Assembly: GCA_025357945.1 (NCBI GenBank)
Contig: JANYLJ010000074.1
Location: forward strand, 28,332-92,331
Direction: 5' to 3'
DNA length: 64,000 nucleotides
From: Gemmatimonadota bacterium
Lineage (GTDB): Bacteria > Gemmatimonadota > Gemmatimonadetes > Gemmatimonadales > GWC2-71-9
The notes under the pieces are model-generated. The model did not search any database. It saw only the letters and a list, made by a program, of their open reading frames with translations, and had not been told where the DNA came from. A program made the position numbers and the translations under genes. Positions 19,859 through 28,381 of the stretch are shown piece by piece. Every line of letters starts with the position of its first letter. The stretch's first letter is position 1.

Positions 19859-20373
19859 CCCGGATCGTCAGCGGTACCTGGCGCGGCCGCCGCCTCGTGG
19901 TGCCCCATGATGGTGGCGTTCGGCCAACGGCCGAGCGGGTGCGGGAGGCGTGGCTGAACATCCTCGGCCGCGAACTGACGGGAGCGCGTGTCGTGGATCT
20001 CTTTGCCGGCAGCGGAGCGCTCGGGCTGGAAGCGTTGTCCCGCGGCGCCGCACATGCCACCTTCGTGGAGATGCATGGCAACTCGCTCGCGGCACTCCGT
20101 GCCAACATCGCCGCGCTCGGCGCCGAAGGGCAGGTCGCGGTTCACCGCGGTGACGCGGCCCGATACGTCGCTGACCTTCCGGCCGGTGCGTATGATGTGG
20201 CGTTGGCCGATCCACCGTTCGCGACTGATTTCGCCCAGCGCCTCGTGACGACGTGGCAGGCAGTACCGTTCGCCCGCCTGCTCGCCGTCGAACATTCGCG
20301 GAAGACTGAACTTCCGGGCGGTACCACCAGGCGTTGGGGCGACATCGCCGTCACCTTCTATCGTGCCTCATGA
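19855..20373 (+). CDS. rsmD: 16S rRNA (guanine966-N2)-methyltransferase RsmD
   Basis: IVSGTWRGRRL, RPTAERVREAWLNIL, DLFAGSGALGLEALSRGA and ADPPF identify it. The GTG at 19855 overlaps the recJ stop (GTGA). Confidence 0.85.
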   Translation: MTRIVSGTWRGRRLVVPHDGGVRPTAERVREAWLNILGRELTGARVVDLFAGSGALGLEALSRGAAHATFVEMHGNSLAALRANIAALGAEGQVAVHRGDAARYVADLPAGAYDVALADPPFATDFAQRLVTTWQAVPFARLLAVEHSRKTELPGGTTRRWGDIAVTFYRAS

Positions 20374-20852
20374 CTCGCATCGCAATTTACCCCGGCTCGT
20401 TCGACCCGCTAACGCGCGGGCATGAAGACCTGATCCGCCGCGCGCTTGCGCTCGCCGATCACCTGATCGTCGCCGTGGCCATCAATCCCAATAAGGAACC
20501 ACTCTTCTCGGTCGAGGAACGGTTGCGATTGCTCAAGCTTGCCGCCGCCGACGATCCGCGGATCGAACTGGCCTCGTTCGCCGGATTGCTCGCCGATTTC
20601 GCCCGCGATCGCAACGCGACGATGGTGGTGCGCGGGTTGCGTGCGGTGAGCGATTTCGAGTACGAGTTCCAGATGGCGCTCATGAACCGGAAGCTCAACG
20701 GCGTACTGGAAACGGTGTTCCTGGTTCCCGCCGTCGACCTCACCTATCTGTCATCGTCGCTGGTTCGCGAAGTCGCTCGCTTTGGCGGCCCGCTCGATGG
20801 ACTGGTCAGCCCTGCGGTGGCCGAGGCGCTCAAGGCCCGGTTCGGCACGTGA
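20370..20852 (+). CDS. coaD: Pantetheine-phosphate adenylyltransferase CoaD
   Basis: IAIYPGSFDPLTRGHEDLIRRA and VRGLRAVSDFEYE are typical. The ATG at 20370 overlaps the rsmD stop (ATGA). Confidence 0.93.
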   Translation: MTRIAIYPGSFDPLTRGHEDLIRRALALADHLIVAVAINPNKEPLFSVEERLRLLKLAAADDPRIELASFAGLLADFARDRNATMVVRGLRAVSDFEYEFQMALMNRKLNGVLETVFLVPAVDLTYLSSSLVREVARFGGPLDGLVSPAVAEALKARFGT

Positions 20853-21781
20853 GGTTTCGCGATGAACTGCGCGCCCGCGCGGCCGGCGCGGGCGCCAGGA
20901 TCGTCTTTCCTGAAGGGTCGGAGCCGAGGATTTGCCTGGCGGCAGCGACACTGGTGCGTCTTGGCATCGCCGAGCCGATCCTGTTGGGTCCCGGTGGGCA
21001 CGACGTCGCCACCGACCCCCGGTTGAGCGCCATCGGTGAACACCTCCGCCAACGGCACCCCGAACGCGTTCGCGACGGCGTGCACGCGCTCGACCTCGCG
21101 AGCGATCCACTCCGCTTTGCAGCCGGCCTGGTCGCGCTTGGCGAGGCGGATGGGTGTGTCGCCGGCGCCGGGATACCAACCGCCGATGTGTTACGCGCCG
21201 CGCTGTGGGCGATTGGACTGGCACCTGGGCACGCGTCGGTGAGCGCGGCGATGTATCTGGGCATCGGTGACCGGGTGCTCACCTATGTGGACGTCGCGGT
21301 CGTGCCGTCGCCCACCCCAGAGCAACTTGCACACGCCGCCCGTGCCGCCGCTGTGGATCGCCGCGCACTGGTCGGCGACGAACCGATCGTTGCATTCCTT
21401 TCGTTCAGCACCAGGGGCAGCGCGGTCGGTGTTGAAGTGGAGCGGATGCGTGAGGCGGCGGAGCGGTTCCGCATCATCGCACCCGGCATCGCCTCCGACG
21501 GTGAGCTACAGGTCGACGCGGCACTCGTCCCGGCGGTGGCCGCCCGCAAATGTCCTGACTCACCCGTCGCTGGCCGCGCCAACGTGCTCGTGTTCCCCAG
21601 CCTCGACGCAGCCAACATCGGCTACAAGCTGACCGAACGCCTGGCAGGCGCCACGGCAGCCGGGCCGCTCCTGCAAGGACTCGCGCGACCGATGTCGGAC
21701 CTGTCGCGCGGGGCGGATCCCGACGATATTGTAGACGTGGCCGCGATGGTGGCATTGCAGGCAAACGCCCGGCGGCACTGA
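20849..21781 (+). CDS. pta: Phosphate acetyl/butyryltransferase family protein (Pta-like catalytic domain only)
   Basis: IVFPEGSEPRI, SFSTRGSA, LVFPSLDAANIGYKL and DLSRGA identify the family. At 310 aa it has no N-terminal regulatory domains. No ackA lies nearby. Confidence 0.75.
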   Translation: MRFRDELRARAAGAGARIVFPEGSEPRICLAAATLVRLGIAEPILLGPGGHDVATDPRLSAIGEHLRQRHPERVRDGVHALDLASDPLRFAAGLVALGEADGCVAGAGIPTADVLRAALWAIGLAPGHASVSAAMYLGIGDRVLTYVDVAVVPSPTPEQLAHAARAAAVDRRALVGDEPIVAFLSFSTRGSAVGVEVERMREAAERFRIIAPGIASDGELQVDAALVPAVAARKCPDSPVAGRANVLVFPSLDAANIGYKLTERLAGATAAGPLLQGLARPMSDLSRGADPDDIVDVAAMVALQANARRH

Positions 21782-21798
21782 ATCCTGAGGAGTCACCG

Positions 21799-22134
21799 AT
21801 GCCATTCAGCGCGAGCCAGGCCGCGAACAACGTTTCCGTCGTCCGCGTCGAGGGGCAATTGATCGTCGCCAACCGACAGGAGCTGAAGCAGATGGTGCAG
21901 GATGCGCTCGATCAGGGCGCCCGCCGGTTCGTCTTCGATTTCACGCCAACGGCGTACATCGACTCGTCGGGTCTTGGTGCGCTGGTGTCGATGAGCAAGC
22001 GGGTGCGCCAGGCAGGTGGTGACCTGCGCCTCGCCGGACTGAACGAGGACCTCCGCTCACTCTTCGAGCTCACCAAACTCGACACGTTGTTCGCGATCTT
22101 CGAGACGCCCGCCGAGGCGCTCGTCGGGTACTGA
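21799..22134 (+). CDS. STAS-domain anti-sigma-factor antagonist (SpoIIAA/RsbV-like)
   Basis: It is 111 aa with a YIDSSGLGALV phosphorylatable-serine motif and an LTKLDTLF tail. Confidence 0.85.
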   Translation: MPFSASQAANNVSVVRVEGQLIVANRQELKQMVQDALDQGARRFVFDFTPTAYIDSSGLGALVSMSKRVRQAGGDLRLAGLNEDLRSLFELTKLDTLFAIFETPAEALVGY

Positions 22135-22143
22135 GTTCCGCTG

Positions 22144-22590
22144 ATGCTCGCGCCTGCCCACCTGCCACCGCGTGATCCCGGCGAGCGCGAGCGATATCGC
22201 GTCGAGCTGGCGACCGATCTCTCGCGGGTCGGCGAGGTCGTCGAGACGGTGTGTGCCTGCTGCTTCGCCGGGATTCCCCCGACCCCACGCACGCAGTTCC
22301 GACTCTGTACGGTGCTCGCCGAGGCCGTCGCGAACGCCATGCTGTATGGCAACGGCGGCGACCCCGCGCGTCGGGTGGTCATCGAGGTCGCCCTCGGTGA
22401 GGACCAGATGGTCATCGCGGTTTCGGATGACGGCGACGGGTTCGAGCACAACGTCATGCCGCTTCCGATCGGCGAGGAGTCCCGCGAAGCGACCCGCGGC
22501 CGCGGGTTGTTCATGATTCACCGCCTGGCCGATCAGGTCGCGTTCAACGACCGAGGTAACACGATCTGGATGACGCTCCCCCGACGCTGA
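22144..22590 (+). CDS. HATPase_c serine kinase / anti-sigma regulatory factor (SpoIIAB/RsbW-like)
   Basis: It has an N-box EAVANAMLYGN, a G1 motif DDGDGF and a G2 motif RGRGLFMIHRLA, and is 148 aa. Confidence 0.8.
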   Translation: MLAPAHLPPRDPGERERYRVELATDLSRVGEVVETVCACCFAGIPPTPRTQFRLCTVLAEAVANAMLYGNGGDPARRVVIEVALGEDQMVIAVSDDGDGFEHNVMPLPIGEESREATRGRGLFMIHRLADQVAFNDRGNTIWMTLPRR

Positions 22591-22595
22591 CCGAA

Positions 22596-24119
22596 TTGCG
22601 CGGCCTCCTCGTGTCGCTCGGCGCGCTCGCGCGTGCGACGCTGCGCCTGTGGCAACTTGATGGTGAACGTTGGCAGCTCGTCGCCGGCCCTTCCGACGGC
22701 GCGGACGCCCCGCGCGCGCCTCGCGGCAACCAGCACTCCGCCGCGTCGTGGCTCGCGCTCGCCGACTCCGACGGGCTGTTTCTCGAGGTGGCGCCGTCGA
22801 GCGGTCGCCGCGACGACGAGATCGCACAGCACGTGCTCCCGGTGGTTCAGGGAGCCATTGCTGCCGCCCGAGCCACGGCGGCCCTGAGTTCCGAGCTCGC
22901 GGCACGGTACGAGGAAATCGACCTGCTCTACACCATCGGCGAGCTGCTCGGTCGCGCCCACGCCGTGGAAGAAGTGGCCGCGGTCATCCTGCGCGAAGTG
23001 ACCGCGGTGCTCGGCGCTCGCCGCGCCGGACTCCGAGTGTACGACGAGGCGCGACGGGTCCTCCGTATCGTGGCCACGCTCGGCGCCGAGCCGGGCGCGA
23101 TCCCGGCCGAGGTGTCCGTGGATCAGACAGATGTCGTGGTGGTGCGCGCGTTTCTCAGCGGCCGCATCGCGACGGGCGTGGAACCGGCGTGGGTGCCCGG
23201 CGAGGTGGTCGCGGTGCCGATCAGCTACGTGGCCGCGGGGGCGGAGTCGCGCGTGGTCGGCACCCTCGCGCTGGCAGACCGTGCCGGCGGCGGCGCATTC
23301 ACGCGGGAGGAGACCAAATTGATCGCCGCCGTCGCGACGCAGATCGGAGCGGCACTTGAGAACGCCCGCCTCGTGGTCGCCGACCGGGACCGACGCCGGA
23401 TGCAGGACGAGATGCAACTCGCCCGTGACCTGCAGCTGCGCCTGATGCCCGATCCGGCAGTGCTGCGCGGCGATGCCGATGTCGCGGTGCGATCGGAAGC
23501 AGCCGAATCGGTAGGCGGCGATTTCTACACCTTTGCCCGCCTCGGTCGCGGGCGCGTCGGCACCATGCTCGGTGACGTGGCCTCCCACGGCCTGGCTGCG
23601 GCGCTGATCGCGGCCGAAGTTCTCGCGGCGGCAGGGATCCACGCCAACTCGGCCACGCCGCCTGACGAGACGCTCGCGTTGCTGCGCGGCTCACTCGCGG
23701 GCGAGCTCGAGAAGACCGAGATGTACCTCAGCGTCTTTTACGGCATCCTCGATCCAACCGCGGGACGATTGGTCTACGCCAACGCGGGGCATCCGCATGC
23801 GTTCCGGGTGCCCAAGTCCGGCGGTGCCGAGCGCCTCGAGCCGACGGCACCTCCCCTGGGGCTCGTCGAGACCGGCAAGTTCGGGCGGCGCATGGTGCCT
23901 TGGCATTTTGCGCAGGACTTGCTGGTGCTCTTCACCGATGGCCTGCAGGATCTGAGCAACGCCGAGGGTGAACGCTACGGCGAAGCCCGTGTGCTGGCCC
24001 GGATCGAACAGGATCGGCATCGCACGCCGCAGCAGATCACCGACCTGGTGTTTCAGGACCTCGCCGATTTTGGCGGCACCGCCGCCGATGACCGCACGTT
24101 GCTCGTGTTGCGCATGTGA
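22596..24119 (+). CDS. GAF-domain PP2C-type serine phosphatase (SpoIIE/RsbU family)
   Basis: A GAF-like central region is followed by the PPM motifs ARDLQLRLMP, GGDFYTF, LGDVASHGLAAAL, TDGL and DDRTLLVLR. Confidence 0.85.
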   Translation: MRGLLVSLGALARATLRLWQLDGERWQLVAGPSDGADAPRAPRGNQHSAASWLALADSDGLFLEVAPSSGRRDDEIAQHVLPVVQGAIAAARATAALSSELAARYEEIDLLYTIGELLGRAHAVEEVAAVILREVTAVLGARRAGLRVYDEARRVLRIVATLGAEPGAIPAEVSVDQTDVVVVRAFLSGRIATGVEPAWVPGEVVAVPISYVAAGAESRVVGTLALADRAGGGAFTREETKLIAAVATQIGAALENARLVVADRDRRRMQDEMQLARDLQLRLMPDPAVLRGDADVAVRSEAAESVGGDFYTFARLGRGRVGTMLGDVASHGLAAALIAAEVLAAAGIHANSATPPDETLALLRGSLAGELEKTEMYLSVFYGILDPTAGRLVYANAGHPHAFRVPKSGGAERLEPTAPPLGLVETGKFGRRMVPWHFAQDLLVLFTDGLQDLSNAEGERYGEARVLARIEQDRHRTPQQITDLVFQDLADFGGTAADDRTLLVLRM

Positions 24120-24919
24120 GTGTGCGACCGCGGAAAGCGCTCGGTCAACACTTCCTCACCCAGGCGCCACTGCTCACGAAGATTGCGGCCGTCACCGGTG
24201 CGGATGCGTCGCACGTGGTGCTCGAAATCGGACCCGGTCCTGGCGGATTGACCGAGGCGTTGCTGGCGCGCGGCGCCACCGTGGTTGCCATCGAACGCGA
24301 TCGGCGGATGCACCCGGCGCTCAACCGGCGATTCGCCGGACACGACTTTGCGCTGGTGAGCGGCGATGCACTTGCGCTTGACTGGGCCGCGCTCGTCGCG
24401 CCGTGGACGTCGGTTGGCAAGCGATGGATCGTGGCCGGAAACATCCCGTACAACATCACGTCGCCACTGCTGACGCAGGCGCTCACGCCGCCGCTCCCGG
24501 CGTCGGTGACGTTCCTGGTGCAACGCGAGGTGGCCGATCGGATCTTTGCCGCGCCGGGCACGGAAGACTACGGCGCACTGAGCATCGGTATCCAGGCGAT
24601 CGCGCATGTGACGCGCGAGTTCACGGTGGGCAAGGGGTCGTTCACGCCGTCACCCAAGGTCGACTCGGCGCTGTTGCATCTCGTGCCCCGGCAAGTGCCT
24701 CTCGTAGCGCCGGACCGGATCGTTGCCTTCCGGCGACTGGTGACGTCGCTGTTCTCGTATCGACGCAAGCGGATGCTCAAAGCGTTGCGGGACGCAACCG
24801 GGCTTGATCCGGACGACGCGGCGGCCGCCTTGAATCGGGCCGGGATCGATCCGGACGTGCGGGCGGAAACGGTCGCGGTCGCGGCGTTCGTGACGTTGCT
24901 GGATGCTCTGTCGTCCTGA
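24116..24919 (+). CDS. rsmA: 16S rRNA (adenine1518/1519-N6)-dimethyltransferase RsmA/KsgA
   Basis: LGQHFL, LEIGPGPGGLT, GNIPYNITSP and FTPSPKVDS identify it. The GTG start overlaps the phosphatase stop (GTGA). Confidence 0.92.
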   Translation: MSVRPRKALGQHFLTQAPLLTKIAAVTGADASHVVLEIGPGPGGLTEALLARGATVVAIERDRRMHPALNRRFAGHDFALVSGDALALDWAALVAPWTSVGKRWIVAGNIPYNITSPLLTQALTPPLPASVTFLVQREVADRIFAAPGTEDYGALSIGIQAIAHVTREFTVGKGSFTPSPKVDSALLHLVPRQVPLVAPDRIVAFRRLVTSLFSYRRKRMLKALRDATGLDPDDAAAALNRAGIDPDVRAETVAVAAFVTLLDALSS

Positions 24920-24947
24920 GTATCCCGGCACCTGGCCGACCGTCAAC

Positions 24948-24976
24948 TTGCACCATCCCGTCGCTCGTGAAACATT
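24948..24976 (+). promoter_or_regulatory. Putative sigma70-type promoter of rex (TTGCAC-N17-AACATT), possibly giving a leaderless mRNA
   Basis: The -35-like TTGCAC (24948-24953) is followed by a 17-nt spacer and the -10-like AACATT (24971-24976). The rex ATG (24983) starts 7 nt after the -10 hexamer, and no SD is visible. Confidence 0.3.
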
Positions 24977-24981
24977 TCACA
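24966..24981 (+). promoter_or_regulatory. Rex operator (ROP-like inverted repeat)
   Basis: CGTGAA-ACAT-TTCACA matches the known Rex box TGTGAA-N4-TTCACA at 15 of 16 positions. It ends 1 nt before the rex start codon. Confidence 0.6.
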
Positions 24982-24982
24982 A

Positions 24983-25618
24983 ATGCTTGCCCGCAAGATC
25001 GCCGACTCCACCGTCCGCCGACTGGCGATCTACCTCCGCTTCCTTGAAGAGTTCGAGCACCAGGGCGCCGGCACCGTTTCCTCCGAGGCCCTCGCCGCGC
25101 GGGCCGGGACCACGTCGGCGCAGGTCCGCAAGGACCTCTCCTTCTTCGGCTCCTTCGGCAAGCGCGGCCTCGGTTACGACGTGCATGCGCTTGCGGTGCA
25201 GCTCCGGACTATCCTTGGACTCACCCGACGGTATCACGTCATCCTGGTCGGGGCGGGACGGCTGGCAGGTGCGCTGGTCCAGTACGCGGAATTCGGCGCC
25301 CGCGGGTTTGATATTGTTGCCGCAGTCGACCGGGATCCGGCCAAGATCGGTACCCGGTGGGGGGATCTCGTCATCGGCAACGTTGCTGACCTGGAGAAGA
25401 TCGTGCAGCGCGAGCAGATCGAGATCGCGATCCTGGTCGCGCCGGCCGACGCGGCGCAGGCGCTCGTCGACCGACTCGTGTCGGCCGGAGTTTCGGCGAT
25501 CCTGAACTTCGCCCCGGTGCAGTTGCACGTGCCGCACGGAATGGACGTCAAGAACGTGAACCTCGCCGTCGAACTGGAAACGTTGTCGTACGCTCTCCAG
25601 CACCGCGGCAGTACCTGA
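24983..25618 (+). CDS. rex: Redox-sensing transcriptional repressor Rex
   Basis: It has a winged-helix N-terminus (TVRRLAIYLRFLEE...VSSEALA), a Rossmann motif (VILVGAGRLAGAL) and NFAPV. Confidence 0.92.
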   Translation: MLARKIADSTVRRLAIYLRFLEEFEHQGAGTVSSEALAARAGTTSAQVRKDLSFFGSFGKRGLGYDVHALAVQLRTILGLTRRYHVILVGAGRLAGALVQYAEFGARGFDIVAAVDRDPAKIGTRWGDLVIGNVADLEKIVQREQIEIAILVAPADAAQALVDRLVSAGVSAILNFAPVQLHVPHGMDVKNVNLAVELETLSYALQHRGST

Positions 25619-25622
25619 GGAC

Positions 25623-26444
25623 ATGATGATCGGACTCACCGCACATCCGGCCGGAACCCTTGTGGAACGCGCGCTGGAGCTGCTGCAGCTCGGGCCTGCC
25701 ACGGCCGGTGAACTCGCCGTCAAGGTGCTCGGCCTCCCCAACGCACCCGTTGCGGTCGCCGAACGTCTCGCCGCTGCATTGCTCGGCGCCGACCCACGCG
25801 TTCGCCAGCAGTCCGACGGGCGCTGGGCGCTGGTCGCGGCGGCGCAGGGGTCGCCGCTGCTCGAAGAGTGTGCCTTCGCGGTGGTCGACGTCGAGACGAC
25901 CGGCATGAACGCCACCGGCGATGATCGGATCACCGAGATCGCCGTGGTCGTGGTGCACGGCACCCGGCGTGACGTGGTGCTCGACGTGCTCGTGAATCCC
26001 GGCCGCCCGATTCCGCCGCGTATCTGCGAGCTCACCGGTATCACCGATGCGATGGTCGCCGGTGCACCGTCGTTCGCGGAGATCGCCGATCAAGTGATGG
26101 CCGCACTCGCGGGCCGCGTATTCGTGGCGCACAACGCGCGATTCGACTGGGGATTTGTCGGCGCGGAGGTGAAGCGGAATCGCGACCTTGCACTCGACGG
26201 CCCGCGCCTCTGCACCGTGCGGTTGGCGCGGCGTCTCGTGCCGGGCGAACCCTCATACGCGCTCGGCGCGCTGGCGGTACGATTCGGCCTCGAGTTCACG
26301 GCCCGGCATCGCGCCGCCGGGGACGCCTTGGTAACCGGCATGCTGCTCGAGCGGTTGCTGTCGCACGCGCGCGAACGCGGCGCGCGCACGCTCGCCGATA
26401 TCGAGGTGCTGCATCGAACGCCAGTGGGTGAGATCGCCGCGTGA
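25623..26444 (+). CDS. DnaQ/epsilon-like 3'-5' exonuclease with an N-terminal extension of about 75 aa
   Basis: The Exo I motif VVDVETTG, Exo II motif VAHNARFDWGF and Exo III motif HRAAGDAL are present. Confidence 0.85.
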   Translation: MMIGLTAHPAGTLVERALELLQLGPATAGELAVKVLGLPNAPVAVAERLAAALLGADPRVRQQSDGRWALVAAAQGSPLLEECAFAVVDVETTGMNATGDDRITEIAVVVVHGTRRDVVLDVLVNPGRPIPPRICELTGITDAMVAGAPSFAEIADQVMAALAGRVFVAHNARFDWGFVGAEVKRNRDLALDGPRLCTVRLARRLVPGEPSYALGALAVRFGLEFTARHRAAGDALVTGMLLERLLSHARERGARTLADIEVLHRTPVGEIAA

Positions 26445-27346
26445 CGCTATCCACCACGATGAAGGTCGGCAGCCTCACAGTCCACGCGCTGGAAACTGGA
26501 ATCCAGCGGCTCGACGGTGGTGCGATGTTCGGCGTGGTGCCGAAGCCGCTGTGGGAACGGCGCATTCCGGCCGACGAGCGCAATCGCATCCGCATGGCGA
26601 TGCGCGTACTCCTCGTCGAGCATGATGACGGCCTCGTGCTCGTTGACTGCGGACTGGGGAACAAGGAGCCGGACAAGTTTCTCGGGATGTACGGCATCGA
26701 GAATCGCGGCGCGAACGGTCGCACGCAGCTCGAAGACGCCCTCGCCGAGCTCGGGCATCGACCCGACGACATCAAGGTGATGCTCAATACGCACCTGCAC
26801 TTTGACCACGCGGGCGGCAACACCTGGATTGCACCCGATGATCCGGTCCGTCGCGTGCAGCTGTCGTTCCCGATGGCGCAGTACGTCGTCCACGGTCGGG
26901 AGTACGCCTGGGCCACCCACACCAACGAACGCACGCACGCGAGCTACCTGCCGCACAACTTCGTCCCGGTGGCGGAAGCCGGCCGATTCCGGTTCCTGGA
27001 GGGGCCATCTGCCGAGGTCGTGCCGGGGATCCGGGCGATCGTGACGCCGGGGCACACGCCGTGGCATTGCTCGGTCTTGATCGAGAGCGATGGCGAGTCG
27101 TTGCTCTTTCCCGCCGACACGATTCCCACGGCGCATCACCTGCCGCTGGCGTGGATCATGGGCTATGACGTCGAGCCATTGCGCACCCTCGAGAGCAAGC
27201 GCCAACTTTACGCCGACGGTGCGGCGGCGGGGTGGCGCGTGGTGTTCGAGCATGATGCGGACACGGTGGGGGGGAGGCTGGTGCAGGGGGAGCGGGGGGT
27301 GGAGCTGGCGGATCGGGTAACGAGAGACGAGAACTCCCCGCCCTGA
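26441..27346 (+). CDS. MBL-fold metallo-hydrolase
   Basis: HLHFDHAGG (HxHxDH), TPGHTPWH and further conserved His/Asp residues identify it. The GTG start overlaps the exonuclease stop (GTGA). Confidence 0.85.
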   Translation: MTLSTTMKVGSLTVHALETGIQRLDGGAMFGVVPKPLWERRIPADERNRIRMAMRVLLVEHDDGLVLVDCGLGNKEPDKFLGMYGIENRGANGRTQLEDALAELGHRPDDIKVMLNTHLHFDHAGGNTWIAPDDPVRRVQLSFPMAQYVVHGREYAWATHTNERTHASYLPHNFVPVAEAGRFRFLEGPSAEVVPGIRAIVTPGHTPWHCSVLIESDGESLLFPADTIPTAHHLPLAWIMGYDVEPLRTLESKRQLYADGAAAGWRVVFEHDADTVGGRLVQGERGVELADRVTRDENSPP

Positions 27347-27392
27347 GGCGAAGGCGAGGGCGTATCCTCCTCGTCTCTCGGCTCTCCCGTTC
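27335..27392. repeat. Degenerate copy of the REP-like element (CCCTGAGGCGAAGGCGAGGG...)
   Basis: CCCTGAG-GCG-AAGGCGAGGG resembles CCCTGAGCAAGGCGAGGG at 48359-48376. It is followed by ATCCTCCTCGTCTCTCGGCTCTCCCG, which resembles the inverted half of the paired copies. It overlaps the stop codon of the MBL gene. Confidence 0.4.
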
Positions 27393-27562
27393 GTTTGTTC
27401 CATCAAGAAACACTCCCCCTTGCGTCGACGCCAGCTCTCCCCTATGTTCCTCTCAATCAAGTGAGCGGGAGATCCGCGCCACCCCGAGCCGAGCAGTAGA
27501 GGCGAATGGGTCCTGAGAGTCATAAGCATCCGGTCCTCCGGGACCGTGGTGCGCCTCTTTGG

Positions 27563-27597
27563 ACGCCCCGCCAGTTGGCGGGGCGTTCGTTTTTCTG
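27563..27597 (+). terminator. Intrinsic terminator / attenuator hairpin in the infC leader
   Basis: ACGCCCCGCC-AGTT-GGCGGGGCGT is a perfect 10-bp stem followed by TCGTTTTTCTG. It lies 216 nt after the MBL stop and 23-56 nt before the plausible infC starts. Confidence 0.7.
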
Positions 27598-27619
27598 TAC
27601 TCAAACAGGGAATGGCCCA

Positions 27620-28141
27620 CTGTCCTCCTTCGAGCGTGAACGCCGGGTCCGCGTGAATCGGCAAATCCGCATCTCGCCGGTTCGTGTGGTGACAGCAGAA
27701 GGTGAACAGCTTGGGGTGCTTCCGATCGAGGAAGCGTTGGCTGCGGCGGTGGAACGCGGTCTTGACCTGGTCGAGGTCGCGCCGATGGCCCGGCCGCCCG
27801 TGGTCAAGATCATGGACTACGGCAAGTTCAAGTTCGAGGAAGCGAAGGCGGCTCGCGCCGCCAAGAAAAAGCAGCACGTCATCCACCTGAAGGAAGTGAA
27901 GTTCCGGCCGGGGATCGACGACCACGACTTCGACTTCAAGACCCGGCATGCCCGCGAGTTTCTGGGCGAGGGGAACAAGGTCAAGGTCACGATGATGTTT
28001 CGAGGGCGGCAGATCGCGCACACCGAGCTGGGCAAGGCGGTGCTGGATCGTGTGGCAGCCATCTTGGCCGACGTCGGCAAGATCGAGCAGGACGCCAAGC
28101 TCGACGGCCGCAACATGATCATGGTGCTCGCGCCCAAGTAG
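27620..28141 (+). CDS. infC: Translation initiation factor IF-3
   Basis: [45 protein letters not shown] and the C-terminal domain identify it. No in-frame ATG lies downstream of the terminator. Candidate starts are CTG 27620 and GTG 27653. The tracked ATG at 27506 would place the terminator hairpin inside the CDS. Confidence 0.88.
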   Translation: MSSFERERRVRVNRQIRISPVRVVTAEGEQLGVLPIEEALAAAVERGLDLVEVAPMARPPVVKIMDYGKFKFEEAKAARAAKKKQHVIHLKEVKFRPGIDDHDFDFKTRHAREFLGEGNKVKVTMMFRGRQIAHTELGKAVLDRVAAILADVGKIEQDAKLDGRNMIMVLAPK

Positions 28142-28175
28142 GCGCGAGACGCCGACCGAACGGAGAAGAGACACG

Positions 28176-28370
28176 ATGCCGAAGCAGAAGACCAAGCGTG
28201 CCGCGATGAAGCGCTTCAAGATCACCGGCAGCGGCAAGATCAAGCGCAGCCGGGCGAACAAGCGGCACATCCTGACCAAGAAGTCGACCAAGCGGAAGAA
28301 CCAGCTCGGCAAGTCTGCCCTGGTTAGTTCGGCCGATTATCCGCGCACCATCAAGCTGTTGCAAGCGTGA
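28176..28370 (+). CDS. rpmI: 50S ribosomal protein L35
   Basis: [24 protein letters not shown] is typical L35. An SD (GGAGAAGAG) lies upstream. Confidence 0.95.
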   Translation: MPKQKTKRAAMKRFKITGSGKIKRSRANKRHILTKKSTKRKNQLGKSALVSSADYPRTIKLLQA

Positions 28371-28381
28371 GGAACTGAGCC

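Noticed and set aside
27506-27619. An ATG-initiated extension of infC.
   Set aside because: It would place a perfect terminator hairpin and U-run inside the CDS, and it adds residues unlike any IF-3 N-terminus.
26447-28312. A 621-aa minus-strand ORF spanning the MBL gene, the infC leader, infC and rpmI.
   Set aside because: It crosses an intrinsic terminator and several well-supported genes, and its composition is typical of antisense frames.
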